DNA from: an uncultured bacterium
GTDB taxonomy: Bacteria > Chloroflexota > UBA5177 > JANWHV01
Direction of reading: 5' to 3'
DNA: 64,000 nucleotides
Assembly: GCA_963827235.1 (NCBI GenBank)
Contig: CAWHAE010000009.1
Location: 384,001-448,000, forward strand
In this document: positions 32,190-43,714 of the stretch, in pieces
Position numbering within the stretch: position 1 is the stretch's first letter
Layout of the letters: every line of letters starts with the position of its first letter
Notes under the pieces: model-generated
What the model saw: only the letters and a program-made list of their open reading frames with translations
Databases searched by the model: none
Told to the model about the DNA's origin: nothing
Translations under genes and position numbers: made by a program

Positions 32190-32206
32190 TGTGCAGCGCT
32201 GCGGGA

Positions 32207-33430
32207 TCACCGCAGGAGCTCGCCCGCGTACAGAGCGTAGACCGCGGCGCAACGGCGCATCGCGGCCTCGTCGATGTACTCGTTTGGGCCGTGCGAGACG
32301 TCGAGCCGGCCCGCGCCATAGGCAAAGGCCGGGATTCCGAGCTGGGCATACCAGCGAATGTCCAGGACGCCAGAGCACATCACGAACCGTGGCGGCGCTG
32401 CCTCGACCACGGTGATGCAGCGCGACAGCGCCTCGGCGGCGGGGTGTGTCTCGTTCGTGCTCGCCGAGGGCTGCAGCTGGGTCACGTCAACGGTTACCTG
32501 GGCACCGGCGTTCTTGGCAGCACCCTCGATCGTGCTCGTCAGTCGCTCGCGCTCGCGCTCGAGATCCTCCTCGGGATTGTATCGGCCGTCGATGGTGAAC
32601 CACGCCGACCCCGGCACGACGTTGAAATTCGAGCCGCCGCCGCACAGACCCCCTACCACGAGCATCGAGCCCCGAGCGTCGCGCTCGTCCATCGCGAAGC
32701 CCGTGTGCCGCGCTGCCATCTCCTGGACGAGCGCCTCGAGCGGGGCTGCCACGTGCACCATGTGCTGGAAGGCGTTGACGCCACGATGTGCTTGTCCGAC
32801 ATGTGCCTCGCGGCCGTGTACCTCAACCCGGACCGTCAAGGCACCACGCGCGGCATGCCAGACGGCGTCCACGCCGCTGGGCTCGGCGGTGACCATAGCC
32901 AGCGCCCTCGGATCGATGAGACCGGCTCCGCGCAGGTAACCAGAACCGGCGACGCTGCCGGTCTCCTCATCGCAGACGAGGTGAAGCACGATGCGGCCAT
33001 CGGCGATCAGGCCAAGCTCCTTGGCAGCCGCGGCGCCGTAGAGCATGCTGACGATGCCGCCCTTCATGTCGGCGGTACCGCGGCCGATGATCTTGCCCTG
33101 GCTTCGCCGTGCTTTGAACTGCGATTGGTCCTGCACCGGTACGACGTCGAAATGGCCGTGGAAGTAGACCAGCTTGGAGCCGGCACCAACTGTGCCGCGC
33201 ACGACGCACGGATCCTCCAGCTTGCCCGACGGCGTGACATCGATGATCTCGGGAGTCAGGTCAAGGCTCTGCATGGCCTCGTGCAGCACGCGCGCACACG
33301 CACCCAATCCGCGCCCAGGCGGGTTCTCCGTGTCGCAGGCCACCAGCCTTTCCAGCAGAGCGGCCATCTCATCGGTGCGGGCGTCGAGCCAGATCTGTAC
33401 TCTGGCGGCCTGATCGGTCATTTGCGGCAC
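32207..33430 (-). CDS. M20 family metallopeptidase (ArgE/DapE-like)
   Basis: FHGHFDVVP, GRGTADMKGG, DEETGS, AEPS and SHGPNEY motifs. Confidence 0.92.
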   Translation of the reverse strand: MPQMTDQAARVQIWLDARTDEMAALLERLVACDTENPPGRGLGACARVLHEAMQSLDLTPEIIDVTPSGKLEDPCVVRGTVGAGSKLVYFHGHFDVVPVQDQSQFKARRSQGKIIGRGTADMKGGIVSMLYGAAAAKELGLIADGRIVLHLVCDEETGSVAGSGYLRGAGLIDPRALAMVTAEPSGVDAVWHAARGALTVRVEVHGREAHVGQAHRGVNAFQHMVHVAAPLEALVQEMAARHTGFAMDERDARGSMLVVGGLCGGGSNFNVVPGSAWFTIDGRYNPEEDLERERERLTSTIEGAAKNAGAQVTVDVTQLQPSASTNETHPAAEALSRCITVVEAAPPRFVMCSGVLDIRWYAQLGIPAFAYGAGRLDVSHGPNEYIDEAAMRRCAAVYALYAGELLR

Positions 33431-33607
33431 CTTTCGTCGGCATGCTCGTTATACCGTTGCTTTGTGATGCTGATAGTGAGCTACCTCATTACTGCCCCGA
33501 ATCAGGCATGCGACGCAATCTGGAAGCGGTGAAAGGACCGGGCCGCCACCGACGCTCCCCGGTCACCGTGAGTAACTCCGTCTCTCACGCGGCGAGTGTG
33601 CGCCCAG

Positions 33608-34486
33608 CTACGTGCACCGCTCTACTACTCGCGCCGCGACGCCGATCCAGCCGCCCGACGGATCATAGGGCGTGCCGGCCAGGTCGGACCAGCCGGCCTC
33701 GACCGCGAATCCTCGGGCAGCCAGCGCCGCGGTGATGGTCTCCAGTGAATAGTCGTGAAACCAGTTCCTGTACACGGACACCGCGCCGTCCTCGGTGATC
33801 ACCACGAACTGGTCGAGAAAGACACCCTCGCTCGGGTAGTCGAACCCCTGGGTGAGAACGAGGTGAGGCACGGGCTTCCAGAAGCCGGATTCGAAGAACG
33901 CCCACTGATTCCGCGCGCCCGCCTCCTGCCGGTGCTTCCGTGCAGAGACGTCGAAGACGAAGCGCCCGCCGTTGTCCAGCGAGGCGGCGATCTTGCCCAA
34001 CAGGCCGTCTCGCTGGCGGTTCGAAAGGACGCAGAAGTCGCCGTAGATCATGAAGATGGCGCGCAGACGATGCGGGAACGGAACATCAAGGTAGTTGCCA
34101 TACTGGTAGTCGACGGCAAGGCCGTTCCCGCCCGCCTCGGCGCGCGCGAACTCGATGGAGCGCTGTGAGAAGTCGATGCCGGTCACGTCCAGGCCGGCTC
34201 GGCTGAAGCGCTCGCAGTAAAGTCCAGGCCCGCATCCGAGATCGAGGACGCGGTCTCCGGGCCGCAGGTGAAGGTATTCCAGCAGCCACTGCACAGTGGC
34301 GTCGATCATGCCCGGTCTGCGGCTCGCAAGATCGGTCTCCGGGTCGAGGTGCGCAGCCAGTAGCTGCTGGGAGATGTGCTCGTCGTCCCAAAAGCGCGGC
34401 TCGCCGGACGCAAACGGCTCCGGCTTGCGACAGGCCTGCCGGAGCGCCTCGAAGTCCAGCCTATTTCCTCGGATCACCATCTGCAT
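33608..34486 (-). CDS. Class I SAM-dependent methyltransferase
   Basis: FWDDEHIS..HL, ASRR, VLDLGCGPGLY and TGIDFS motifs. Confidence 0.9.
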   Translation of the reverse strand: MQMVIRGNRLDFEALRQACRKPEPFASGEPRFWDDEHISQQLLAAHLDPETDLASRRPGMIDATVQWLLEYLHLRPGDRVLDLGCGPGLYCERFSRAGLDVTGIDFSQRSIEFARAEAGGNGLAVDYQYGNYLDVPFPHRLRAIFMIYGDFCVLSNRQRDGLLGKIAASLDNGGRFVFDVSARKHRQEAGARNQWAFFESGFWKPVPHLVLTQGFDYPSEGVFLDQFVVITEDGAVSVYRNWFHDYSLETITAALAARGFAVEAGWSDLAGTPYDPSGGWIGVAARVVERCT

Positions 34487-34514
34487 CTCCCAGCTACCCG
34501 AGGGATGGTACAGT

Positions 34515-34970
34515 TGAGATTCTCATGCTATACCTTCGCAGCATCGACACCGCGGTAAGGCAGGACGTAGCGACGGTCGGGGCTCTCTCACCGATCAATA
34601 AGGTACTGGGATCGAGTGGCCGCCGCGATTTACCGCGGAAGCATGATCAGGTGCTGCGCTCGGAAGGCCACCGGCTGGAAATCAACCTGCTGCGCGCTCC
34701 GGATGTTCTGCGGCGCGATGCGTGCACCGCGGTCCTGCATCGCGCGGGATCGCGTAGCCCGGAGGCGTGATCGCCGAGATGCGCAACTGCTTGCCGACCA
34801 CTGCCGTGCCACTCGATCTGCAGGAGCCGGTAGATTCGGTTCCCGATCGCTATCGGCACGACGCCGGAATCGAGTACCGCGACGAGCCCCGACGTCAGCC
34901 GCTGCCCGCGGTGGATGGACGCTGGTCGCGCGAGCGCGTCGCAGCGCGGCAACAGCCACGGAGCCGCTAA
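34515..34970 (+). pseudogene. Degraded DUF4058-like gene
   Basis: Fragments in different frames (LSPINKVLGSSGRRD.RKHDQVLRSEGHRLEINLLRA; VPLDLQEPVDSVPDRYRHDAGIEYRDEP) resemble DUF4058. Confidence 0.5.
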
Positions 34971-35000
34971 CGCGAGCCCGGCGAAGGCGATAGCATGTGA

Positions 35001-36464
<1,464 letters not shown>

Positions 36465-36497
36465 GCCCAGCAACCTATCGCGCGGCCGGGGGCGCCA

Positions 36498-37454
36498 CTA
36501 TACGGCGGTATGCGGCGCGCCCGGCAGGCGCAGCGCGTGCAGATGGCCGACGAAGGCGATGAAGGAATCGCCGCCCTGCCGCCACCAGGTGTACAGGGTG
36601 ACCAGCACCCCGGAGGCCAAGACAACGCCGATGGCGCCGAGCGCATCGAGAAGGTAATGGTTGCCGGTAATGATCACCACCAGGATCATGATGACCGGAT
36701 ACGACAGGGCCAGTGCCCGGATTAGCAGGGGCTTTGCTGCCCAGGCCAGGGTAAGACCGACGATCAGAGCCCAGGCCACGTGCACGCTCGGCATCGCCGC
36801 GTACTCGTTGAAGCCAATCTTGAGGCCCCGGGCTCCCCCGAAGACCGCATCCAGGAAGTGGTACGGATGCCCATCGTAGCGCAGGCCGCTGGCCAGCCGT
36901 GGCGGAGCCAGCGGGAAGCTTTCATAGAGCAGTACGGCGAACGTGTTGGTGAGCAGGAAAATATTGCGCAGGAAAGCGAACAGGGCACGCCGGCACATGA
37001 ACACCCAGACGGCAAACGCCAGGGTGAAGAGGATGTGGCCCTGGCCGTAGAGCATGTCCACGACCGTCGTCACCTGCGACCAGCTGACCGTGATTCCGAG
37101 GTAGGTATGGGTGTGGGCGAAGAACGACTGGATACCCGGCTCGATCCACAGGTCATGCGCTGCTTCGAAGTTCGCCACGTGCAGGGCGTTGGCCAGCCCG
37201 ATATTGGCATTGGTGCGCGGAACCAGCGCGTGTGCAAAGTCGTCGGTCAGCTCGACGGCGGCAACCAACAGCACGTTGGCAAGCAGATACACCCAGTCGC
37301 GCCATGTCGTACGACCACGGCGTAGACGGCCACGGAACGGAGTCCGCGAGGTGCGCTCGAGAATATAGCTACTTGTGCTCTGGCACCGAGTCCCCACCAA
37401 CCGGCCTCTTCCACCTAAGCCCCACGGCGTCGAGTACCTTGATACTAGAGGCAT
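36498..37454 (-). CDS. PAP2-like (PAP2_3 / inositol phosphorylceramide synthase-like) membrane protein; start uncertain
   Basis: FPLAPPRL, NEYAAMPSVHVAWA and TGNHYLLDA motifs. Confidence 0.82.
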   Translation of the reverse strand: MPLVSRYSTPWGLGGRGRLVGTRCQSTSSYILERTSRTPFRGRLRRGRTTWRDWVYLLANVLLVAAVELTDDFAHALVPRTNANIGLANALHVANFEAAHDLWIEPGIQSFFAHTHTYLGITVSWSQVTTVVDMLYGQGHILFTLAFAVWVFMCRRALFAFLRNIFLLTNTFAVLLYESFPLAPPRLASGLRYDGHPYHFLDAVFGGARGLKIGFNEYAAMPSVHVAWALIVGLTLAWAAKPLLIRALALSYPVIMILVVIITGNHYLLDALGAIGVVLASGVLVTLYTWWRQGGDSFIAFVGHLHALRLPGAPHTAV

Positions 37455-37565
37455 CCGAGGCTGCGGTCAATAGTTTCAGGGAGGCGCTCATACGCTCTAC
37501 ATTCATCATGCATCGAACCACAAGTTCCTGGGAAGTCAGGAGACCGGCCAGGTAGCCGAGTGTTC

Positions 37566-38081
37566 CTAATTTGTCACCGCCAAGCGCGGCTCCCTCGCCG
37601 GACCGCTGGATCGCAGATAGTCGTACCGGGCAGCTATTCGTTCCAGCATGCTCATGAATGAGGTGAGCTCGGCGTCGCTCAGCACGCTGAAGGCCGAGGT
37701 CAGCAGGTCGCGCTCGCACTCGCGGTAGCGCGCGGTAACGAGCTTCGCCTCCTCACTGGGCACGAGCCACACGACCCGGCGGTCATTGGGATCGTTGCGC
37801 CGCACCGCCAGGCCCCGTTTGACCAGACGATTCGATAGGACGGCGGCACTTCCATCAGTGATGTCCAGTGCTCTCGCGAGGTCGCGCATCATCAGGCCGT
37901 CGGGAAAGATCTGCTGCAGCGCCGCGATCTGGTGCAGCGTGATGGAATGCACGCGGTCTTGCAGGTCCGGCGGGAGCGCCTTGAGCGCCAATCGCATGGA
38001 CAACACGGGGCGCAAGATCAAAAAGCGGGCAAGAAGCGCTGCCCGATCGGCCCCTGATCCACGCTCTCCCATGCAGCCCAT
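37566..38081 (-). CDS. MarR family regulator
   Basis: MRDLARALDITDGSAAVLSNRLVKRGLAVRRNDPNDRRVVWL winged HTH. Confidence 0.87.
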   Translation of the reverse strand: MGCMGERGSGADRAALLARFLILRPVLSMRLALKALPPDLQDRVHSITLHQIAALQQIFPDGLMMRDLARALDITDGSAAVLSNRLVKRGLAVRRNDPNDRRVVWLVPSEEAKLVTARYRECERDLLTSAFSVLSDAELTSFMSMLERIAARYDYLRSSGPAREPRLAVTN

Positions 38082-38284
38082 GTCACTTCCTACTGCCGGC
38101 CCTCCTAGCCTATGAAATTTCGTCGCTGGCGTCAAATTACCGTGCTCAGCAATTGATCAAGCCTCCTGCTGACGAGACCACGGCCACCTGCACGGCGACG
38201 TCATACGCAGGAGGCACGTGCTGCCGGCAGCCGCTCCCCACTGATCCGGCGCCAGACCCGCCGGCGAGGGCAGCGCGCCCGATC

Positions 38285-39019
38285 TCAGCGAATGCCGGGT
38301 TTCCCGGCGACCAATCCTATGGCGCGGAGCCAGGCGTCGCCCTCGGCACCTATCTTTTCGCCGCGGAAGCGGTAGTCGTGTTTGCGGGCGAACTCGCTCA
38401 GGTCGGCATCGAGCTCGCCCAGCAACTCCCCTTCCAACTGCAGCAAGCGATCGAGGGCCGCTTTCTTGCGCGCGATGGCTGCCGCCCGATCGAGATGGAC
38501 CAGGCACAGGCCGGTGCTGCCTCGAAAGGCGCTGGCCGCTTCTTGTTCGCGAACGTGCTCGAGCAGTACTCCGATGTAGAGCCGCTCGGCGTGCTCGCGC
38601 ATCCTGCAGGCCGGGCAGCTCGTGTGCGGATCACCGAACTCCCGCTCGCGCGCGCGCGCACGGCTGCGAAGCCAGCGCGGCGGCCATCCCGAGCGACCTC
38701 CGGCGAACAGGCGCGACCCTTCGCGACCGGAGCGGCGACCGAGGGCCTTGGCCGCCTGGCGCAGCACGTCACGATACATGATCGCCGCGCCCAGCGCGGC
38801 GCCCATGTCGCGCAGCTTCCACGAATGCACGTTGCAGTAGCCGGTAGCAGCGACGAGCTCGAGCCTCGTGGGAGGGTCGTTCACGCTCTCATAGATAATT
38901 GCATCCAGGTAGTGCGTGACCGCCGCGAGCGTCAGCGTGCAGACAGGACACCCTTCCTGCCTGCAGGCTTCCAGCAGGTCGAAATACGCGGTGTGCTTGT
39001 CTGGCTCGCGCCGTCTCAT
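38285..39019 (-). CDS. DUF6062-like Cys/His-rich protein
   Basis: Duplicated CPVC..GYCNVH / CPAC..GLCLVH motifs; FARKHDYRF; GGAG RBS. Confidence 0.7.
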   Translation of the reverse strand: MRRREPDKHTAYFDLLEACRQEGCPVCTLTLAAVTHYLDAIIYESVNDPPTRLELVAATGYCNVHSWKLRDMGAALGAAIMYRDVLRQAAKALGRRSGREGSRLFAGGRSGWPPRWLRSRARAREREFGDPHTSCPACRMREHAERLYIGVLLEHVREQEAASAFRGSTGLCLVHLDRAAAIARKKAALDRLLQLEGELLGELDADLSEFARKHDYRFRGEKIGAEGDAWLRAIGLVAGKPGIR

Positions 39020-39183
39020 ACCTTCTCCTCGGACGAGCACCGCTGCCCGGCCCCCATGTGTCGCCATGGCCTGCGAACGCGCGCGCCGAGCCGGCGTCAC
39101 CGCCGTAGGCGAGCCGCCTGCCGGGCGCTTCGCACGCGCGTGGTTAGAATTCTACGCCTTGTTCCGATCCGCAACCAATTCCG

Positions 39184-40347
39184 TCAATCGATCCAGCTCC
39201 CCTGGGCGAACTGCGATGCGAAGAAGATCATCAGCAGGGCGCTCACGCCAACGATCCATCGCAGCTTGGTGCCCGCGCCCAGGGCCACCGCTACGAAGAA
39301 CGGCAGCACCGCGATCATGTAGCGGCCCGTCGAGTACCACCGGCTGAGCGCGAAGCACCAGGCAGCCAGGCCATAGAGCGAGAGCTCCGGACCGAGGCGT
39401 TTCGCGGAGACCAGCAGCACGGCGAGCACAAGAAGTGCTGCCAGCAGATCCCAGACCATCACGTAGTTGGCGGTACTGGAATGGAAGAAGCTGAACCGAG
39501 GCGAGCGGATCACCTGCACGTACTGGCCAATGGTCATCCAGGGCGGCTGCAGCGTGATGTGCCATTGACGCTGAAAGGTGCCCACGATGCTGGTGCCGCC
39601 AACGGTCATGGCGAGCACCCTCTGGTAGCCCAGCAGGGTGACGGCAGGGATGGCGATGCAGGCGTCGCCCGGCCGCACCCGGCCGCTGCGCCTGGCGCGC
39701 AGCCAGGCGTCGACGATCAGGGGGACCAGCAGGACCAGGCCCTGCAGTCGCGTGAGCACCGCCAGCCCCCCGGCCACGCCCGCCACCACCGGGTGCCCTC
39801 GCCTGGAGGCAATAAGGCACCAGGCGCTCAGGGCGAGGAACAGCGACTCGCTATACACGCCGAGCAAGTAGTACGAGTCAGGGAAGAGGAGCAGGACCGC
39901 TACCGACCGCCAGGCTACGTTCTCGTCGAAGCACTCCGCCACCCAGCGCCAGAATAGCCCGACGGCGGCGGCACAGGCAAGGTTCGACACGATCAATCCT
40001 GCCGTCAGATAGTGACCGCCGGTTACGACCGTCATCACGCGCAATAGCAAGGGATAGAGCGGCATGTAGGCGGTGTTCAAGCCGTCTGCCTGGTAGCCGT
40101 GCGCGGCGATGGCGATGAAGTGGTAGGCGTCGAACTGGCGCCAGGGATCCAGAAACAGGCTCGTGAGCGACGGCGACTGGTGCGGCTGCGGAAGCACGAT
40201 CGCAATGCCGGCACCCACGGCAGTGACGAGCACGCGCAGCCCCAGCACGGCCAGGCAGATGCCGGCCCACGGGATCGTCCGGCCCGCCGCGGTGTGCGCG
40301 TCCGTGGCGACGGCACGCGGAGCCGCGAGCGCTGCATGGGTGGACAT
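39184..40347 (-). CDS. GT-C mannosyltransferase family (PIG-V-like) membrane protein
   Basis: WRQFDAYHFIAIA.HGY, AYMPLYP, YSESLFL and LTRLQG motifs; multi-TM. Confidence 0.82.
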   Translation of the reverse strand: MSTHAALAAPRAVATDAHTAAGRTIPWAGICLAVLGLRVLVTAVGAGIAIVLPQPHQSPSLTSLFLDPWRQFDAYHFIAIAAHGYQADGLNTAYMPLYPLLLRVMTVVTGGHYLTAGLIVSNLACAAAVGLFWRWVAECFDENVAWRSVAVLLLFPDSYYLLGVYSESLFLALSAWCLIASRRGHPVVAGVAGGLAVLTRLQGLVLLVPLIVDAWLRARRSGRVRPGDACIAIPAVTLLGYQRVLAMTVGGTSIVGTFQRQWHITLQPPWMTIGQYVQVIRSPRFSFFHSSTANYVMVWDLLAALLVLAVLLVSAKRLGPELSLYGLAAWCFALSRWYSTGRYMIAVLPFFVAVALGAGTKLRWIVGVSALLMIFFASQFAQGSWID

Positions 40348-40633
40348 GATCCGCCTCCCGAAGACAGGCAAGCGGCCGGCCCGCCGTGGTCTTGGCGGCG
40401 ATCACCCACCTTCGCACACCCGTTGCACGGCGCGCTGCTCTCGCCGCGGCCGGTGCTCGACCCTGCCGCGCCGCACCATCTCCCGATGCCCGGCTCACGA
40501 GCAGCAGACCACGCCGCACCGGTCCACGCGGATCGTATGGAGGTCCGGCTCGTTCGTCAATTGCCAATGTGGTGGCAGAGCGACGCTCCCGTCGGGCCGG
40601 CGTGCCGTCGGCGCTCACTCGTGCCGCGATCGG

Positions 40634-40903
40634 CTACCGGCGAGCCACTTCCAGCGGCTCCACCTCGGCCAGGGCCTCGCCGATGCAACGCATCAACTCA
40701 CGAGCAGACTCGGCGTTCAGCTCGACGGCTACCCGGCTTCCGGGTCCCATCGATGCATTGGCAAAGTCGATATTGAGCGTGTGCTCGTACGGCGCATGAT
40801 AGGGGTGGTCGAAGTAAACCGTGGCGCTGTCGAGGCGAAACCAGCCGTCCGGTCCTTTCCCGCTGCCGGCAATGGCGATCTTCTTGGTGACATACGAGCA
40901 CAT
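40634..40903 (-). CDS. DUF6295-like small protein
   Basis: MCSY..GSGKG..GWF..VYFDHPYHAPYEHTLNIDF..RVAVEL pattern; GAGGAGG RBS. Confidence 0.72.
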   Translation of the reverse strand: MCSYVTKKIAIAGSGKGPDGWFRLDSATVYFDHPYHAPYEHTLNIDFANASMGPGSRVAVELNAESARELMRCIGEALAEVEPLEVARR

Positions 40904-40913
40904 CGCGGCCTCC

Positions 40914-41660
40914 TCACGCACGCAGATAGCGATCGAACCAGGCCCAGATCCGCTGCCAGCCATCGACGGCAGCCGCCTGGCGATAGTTGGCCCGGTCCAC
41001 GGCGAAGAACCCGTGGCCGGCTCCTTCGTAGGTGTGAAACTCGTAGACCTTGTGGTTGGCCTTCAGTGCCTCCTCGATCTGCGCGGTCTCCGCCGGCGAT
41101 GGATGCTGATCCTCGGCGCCGAAGAGCCCCAGTAAGGGGCAGCAGAGCGACGGGGTCAGCCCTACTATCGGCTGAATGAGCATCGTGGCGCCGGCAGGCG
41201 GCTGGCCCGCCACCAAGGCACCGTAGCAATCTACGGCGGCGTCGAGCGGCAACCGGCAGGCTGCCAGGTAGGCCTGGCGACCGCCCGAACAATAGCCGAT
41301 CACTCCCACCCGCCCATTGCCGTAGGGCAGGGCGCGCAGGAATCGGGCCGCGCCAGCCGCGTCGCCCAGGAAGCGTTCGTCGGGCACGCCGCCTGCTGCC
41401 CGGGACGCTGCCGCGGCATCGTCCGGGCTGGCGTCGGGGCCTTCGCGGTAATGGAGGTGTGGGCAAATGGCGGCGTAGCCGTGAGCGGCGAACTTGCGGG
41501 TGATCTCCTTGGTACCTTCGTCCCAGCCCGGCATATGGTGGATGACCACGACGCCCGGGTACGGGCCGGCGCCGAGAGGACGAGCAAAATAGGCTCCAAT
41601 CTCATCGCCACCGTGTCCGGCAATGCGAACCGTTTCGGCAAGCAGTCCCTCGTGCTTCAT
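40914..41660 (-). CDS. Dienelactone hydrolase family protein
   Basis: PGVVVIHH, GVIGYCSGG nucleophile motif, FGAEDQ and YEGAGHGF. Confidence 0.9.
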   Translation of the reverse strand: MKHEGLLAETVRIAGHGGDEIGAYFARPLGAGPYPGVVVIHHMPGWDEGTKEITRKFAAHGYAAICPHLHYREGPDASPDDAAAASRAAGGVPDERFLGDAAGAARFLRALPYGNGRVGVIGYCSGGRQAYLAACRLPLDAAVDCYGALVAGQPPAGATMLIQPIVGLTPSLCCPLLGLFGAEDQHPSPAETAQIEEALKANHKVYEFHTYEGAGHGFFAVDRANYRQAAAVDGWQRIWAWFDRYLRA

Positions 41661-41849
41661 GGTGCCTTTGTGAGTCCTCCCATTCCGATCTGCACGCCTT
41701 CGCCACGGCGGACGCAGCCGCCGGAGAGAGCGGCGCCTGGTTTTCCCAGGGTCTTGAGCGCGACCGGCGGCTGCCTTCCGGCCTCCCCTGCTGAGCGGGA
41801 CGGCAGGTGCCTTCCCGCATCGCGCCACACGTTTCCAACATAGCAGCGC

Positions 41850-42767
41850 ATGCGGTACGTGGCGCAGACAGGCCAGGGCGCGCGGAGCGCCGTCTCTGGA
41901 GGTAAGGGCTCCCGTGATTCCGTCGCTATACTCGTGACAGGCATTGAGCGGCGCTCGAGGCGATGGCTGGGGACTGCAGTGCGCGTGGTATCAGCATCCG
42001 TGGGACAGAGAACGCTGGTGAGCGGAGCGGCGGCGGCCGAGCGCGCCCTCTGCCTGGGCATCATGATCCTGCGCACGGAGTTCGAGGTGCTCATGGCGCT
42101 GGATCACTCGCTCACCGCGGGGCAGCGAAGGCTGGCCGCGGCTCGCCTGGCCGGTCCCAGGGCATACTACATTCCCTGGCTGCGCCGCGAATGTTTGTGG
42201 CCACGCCTCTCCAGGTCGGAGGCGCACGAGCTCATGCTCGAGCTTGGCGGCTGGTCACGCCAAGCCTGTGGCGCGCACTTCGGCGACGGGGACGCCGCCG
42301 GCGTGCTCATCTGGGCGCTGGGACTCCTCAATCACCTGCCGGCGTATGACACGGCTACCGACGAGGGCACCGTGCTGTCTAGGCTGCCGCTGCTGCGCCC
42401 CACGCGGCAGTTTGTCGAGCAGGCGCAACGGCGTCCGGAGCAGGACATCCTGCAGGCGCGTGAGCAGGCCCAGGCATGGCTCTGGCGCGCTCGGATGACT
42501 ACTCTGCAGCGCGGGGCAGCGGCCATGCTGCCGGGAGGGCCGCTTCCCGGCTTGCGCCTGACTATTGACGGCCGCGCCCGGTACATGGCGGCGCAGGGTG
42601 CCTTCGCGACAATCGACGGAGATTTCCCGGCCTTCGGTAAGGCGTATGCGGCCCTGTCGGAGGAGGAGTGGAACCGTATGCAACAGATTGCGTTCAGCCG
42701 CCTCCATGGGCTGAACTGGCTCTGCGGCTACGCAGAGGACTGGGACGCCGTACCGCTGGCCACCTGA
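41850..42767 (+). CDS. DUF4272-like protein (start uncertain)
   Basis: ERALCL, LIWALGL..LP and C-terminal RLHGLNWL..DWDAVPLAT. Confidence 0.6.
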   Translation: MRYVAQTGQGARSAVSGGKGSRDSVAILVTGIERRSRRWLGTAVRVVSASVGQRTLVSGAAAAERALCLGIMILRTEFEVLMALDHSLTAGQRRLAAARLAGPRAYYIPWLRRECLWPRLSRSEAHELMLELGGWSRQACGAHFGDGDAAGVLIWALGLLNHLPAYDTATDEGTVLSRLPLLRPTRQFVEQAQRRPEQDILQAREQAQAWLWRARMTTLQRGAAAMLPGGPLPGLRLTIDGRARYMAAQGAFATIDGDFPAFGKAYAALSEEEWNRMQQIAFSRLHGLNWLCGYAEDWDAVPLAT

Positions 42768-42782
42768 TGGCGCCGCAGTATG

Positions 42783-43019
42783 TCACTGATCGCCTGGCGG
42801 CACCACACGCCCCGTATTCCTGGCCATCCAGCGCTCCACGCTCTGCACCTGCATGGCATACAGCGTGAGCTGGGCATGATTCTCACGCGTGGGCGAGCGG
42901 CGCCCGCCGGGGGCCATGCGATACCCGCGTGCGTGCGCGAGCAGGCTGTCTCGGCGCGCCAGGATACGGGCGTACAGGGCGCTGGTCGAATCGCCGAGCA
43001 GGTTCTCATCCACAGTCAT
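42783..43019 (-). CDS. Small hypothetical protein
   Basis: 78-codon ORF with GGAGGAG RBS. Confidence 0.45.
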   Translation of the reverse strand: MTVDENLLGDSTSALYARILARRDSLLAHARGYRMAPGGRRSPTRENHAQLTLYAMQVQSVERWMARNTGRVVPPGDQ

Positions 43020-43153
43020 ACTCCTCCACTCTATCCCTGATATAAACGGTGCCGGCAGGCATCGTTTGAGCATCGCGAGGGAAACGCGGGGGCGAAGATA
43101 CGCCCGCGTCGGCCGGCCGGCTGGAACCTAGATCTCCCACGGCCAGGGAGTGT

Positions 43154-43182
43154 TTGACATAATGACTCTTTAATATTAAATT
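43154..43182 (+). promoter_or_regulatory. Promoter with palindromic MarR operator
   Basis: TTGACA-17 bp-TAAATT; perfect palindrome TTTAATATTAAA at 43169-43180 overlaps the -10. Confidence 0.6.
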
Positions 43183-43204
43183 GAGATCGAGGGAGAGAAG
43201 CGGA

Positions 43205-43663
43205 ATGCGGACAAGCAGGGCGCACGCGGGGCCGGGGCCGGCGGATCACGCCGGCAGGATGGGCGCCGTCGCCTGGTTACGACTGGTTCGCCTGGCTAGA
43301 GACATGGTGCAGGCCGATGAGCGGCACCTGCGCGCCAAGGGACTCTCGATGGCCGAGCTGGATATCCTTGCCCAGGTCGGCGCCCGCGAGGGTTTGACGC
43401 AGCAGGAGCTCGCGCGTGTGCTCCTCGTCACCCAGGGGAATGTCACCTACCACCTCGACAGGCTGGCCAGGCGAGATCTCGTGGAACGCCGCGTGGCGGG
43501 GCGCTGCAACCGGCTATTCCTGACGGAAGGTGGGCGCGTGCTGTTCACCCAGGTGGTGCCGGGGCAGGAAGCGTGGCACGCGAGCCAGCTCTCCGTGCTC
43601 ACCGGGGATGAACTGCATGCGTTGCTCCCCGTGTTGCGCAAGCTGGCCCGCGCCTACCGCTGA
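43205..43663 (+). CDS. MarR family regulator (MhqR-like context)
   Basis: GLTQQELARVLLVTQGNVTYHLDRLARRDLVERR wHTH. Confidence 0.88.
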   Translation: MRTSRAHAGPGPADHAGRMGAVAWLRLVRLARDMVQADERHLRAKGLSMAELDILAQVGAREGLTQQELARVLLVTQGNVTYHLDRLARRDLVERRVAGRCNRLFLTEGGRVLFTQVVPGQEAWHASQLSVLTGDELHALLPVLRKLARAYR

Positions 43664-43714
43664 CACGTCGACGCTCGCAAGCTCTCCGCTCGCGATACAG
43701 AGAAGGAGTACCAC

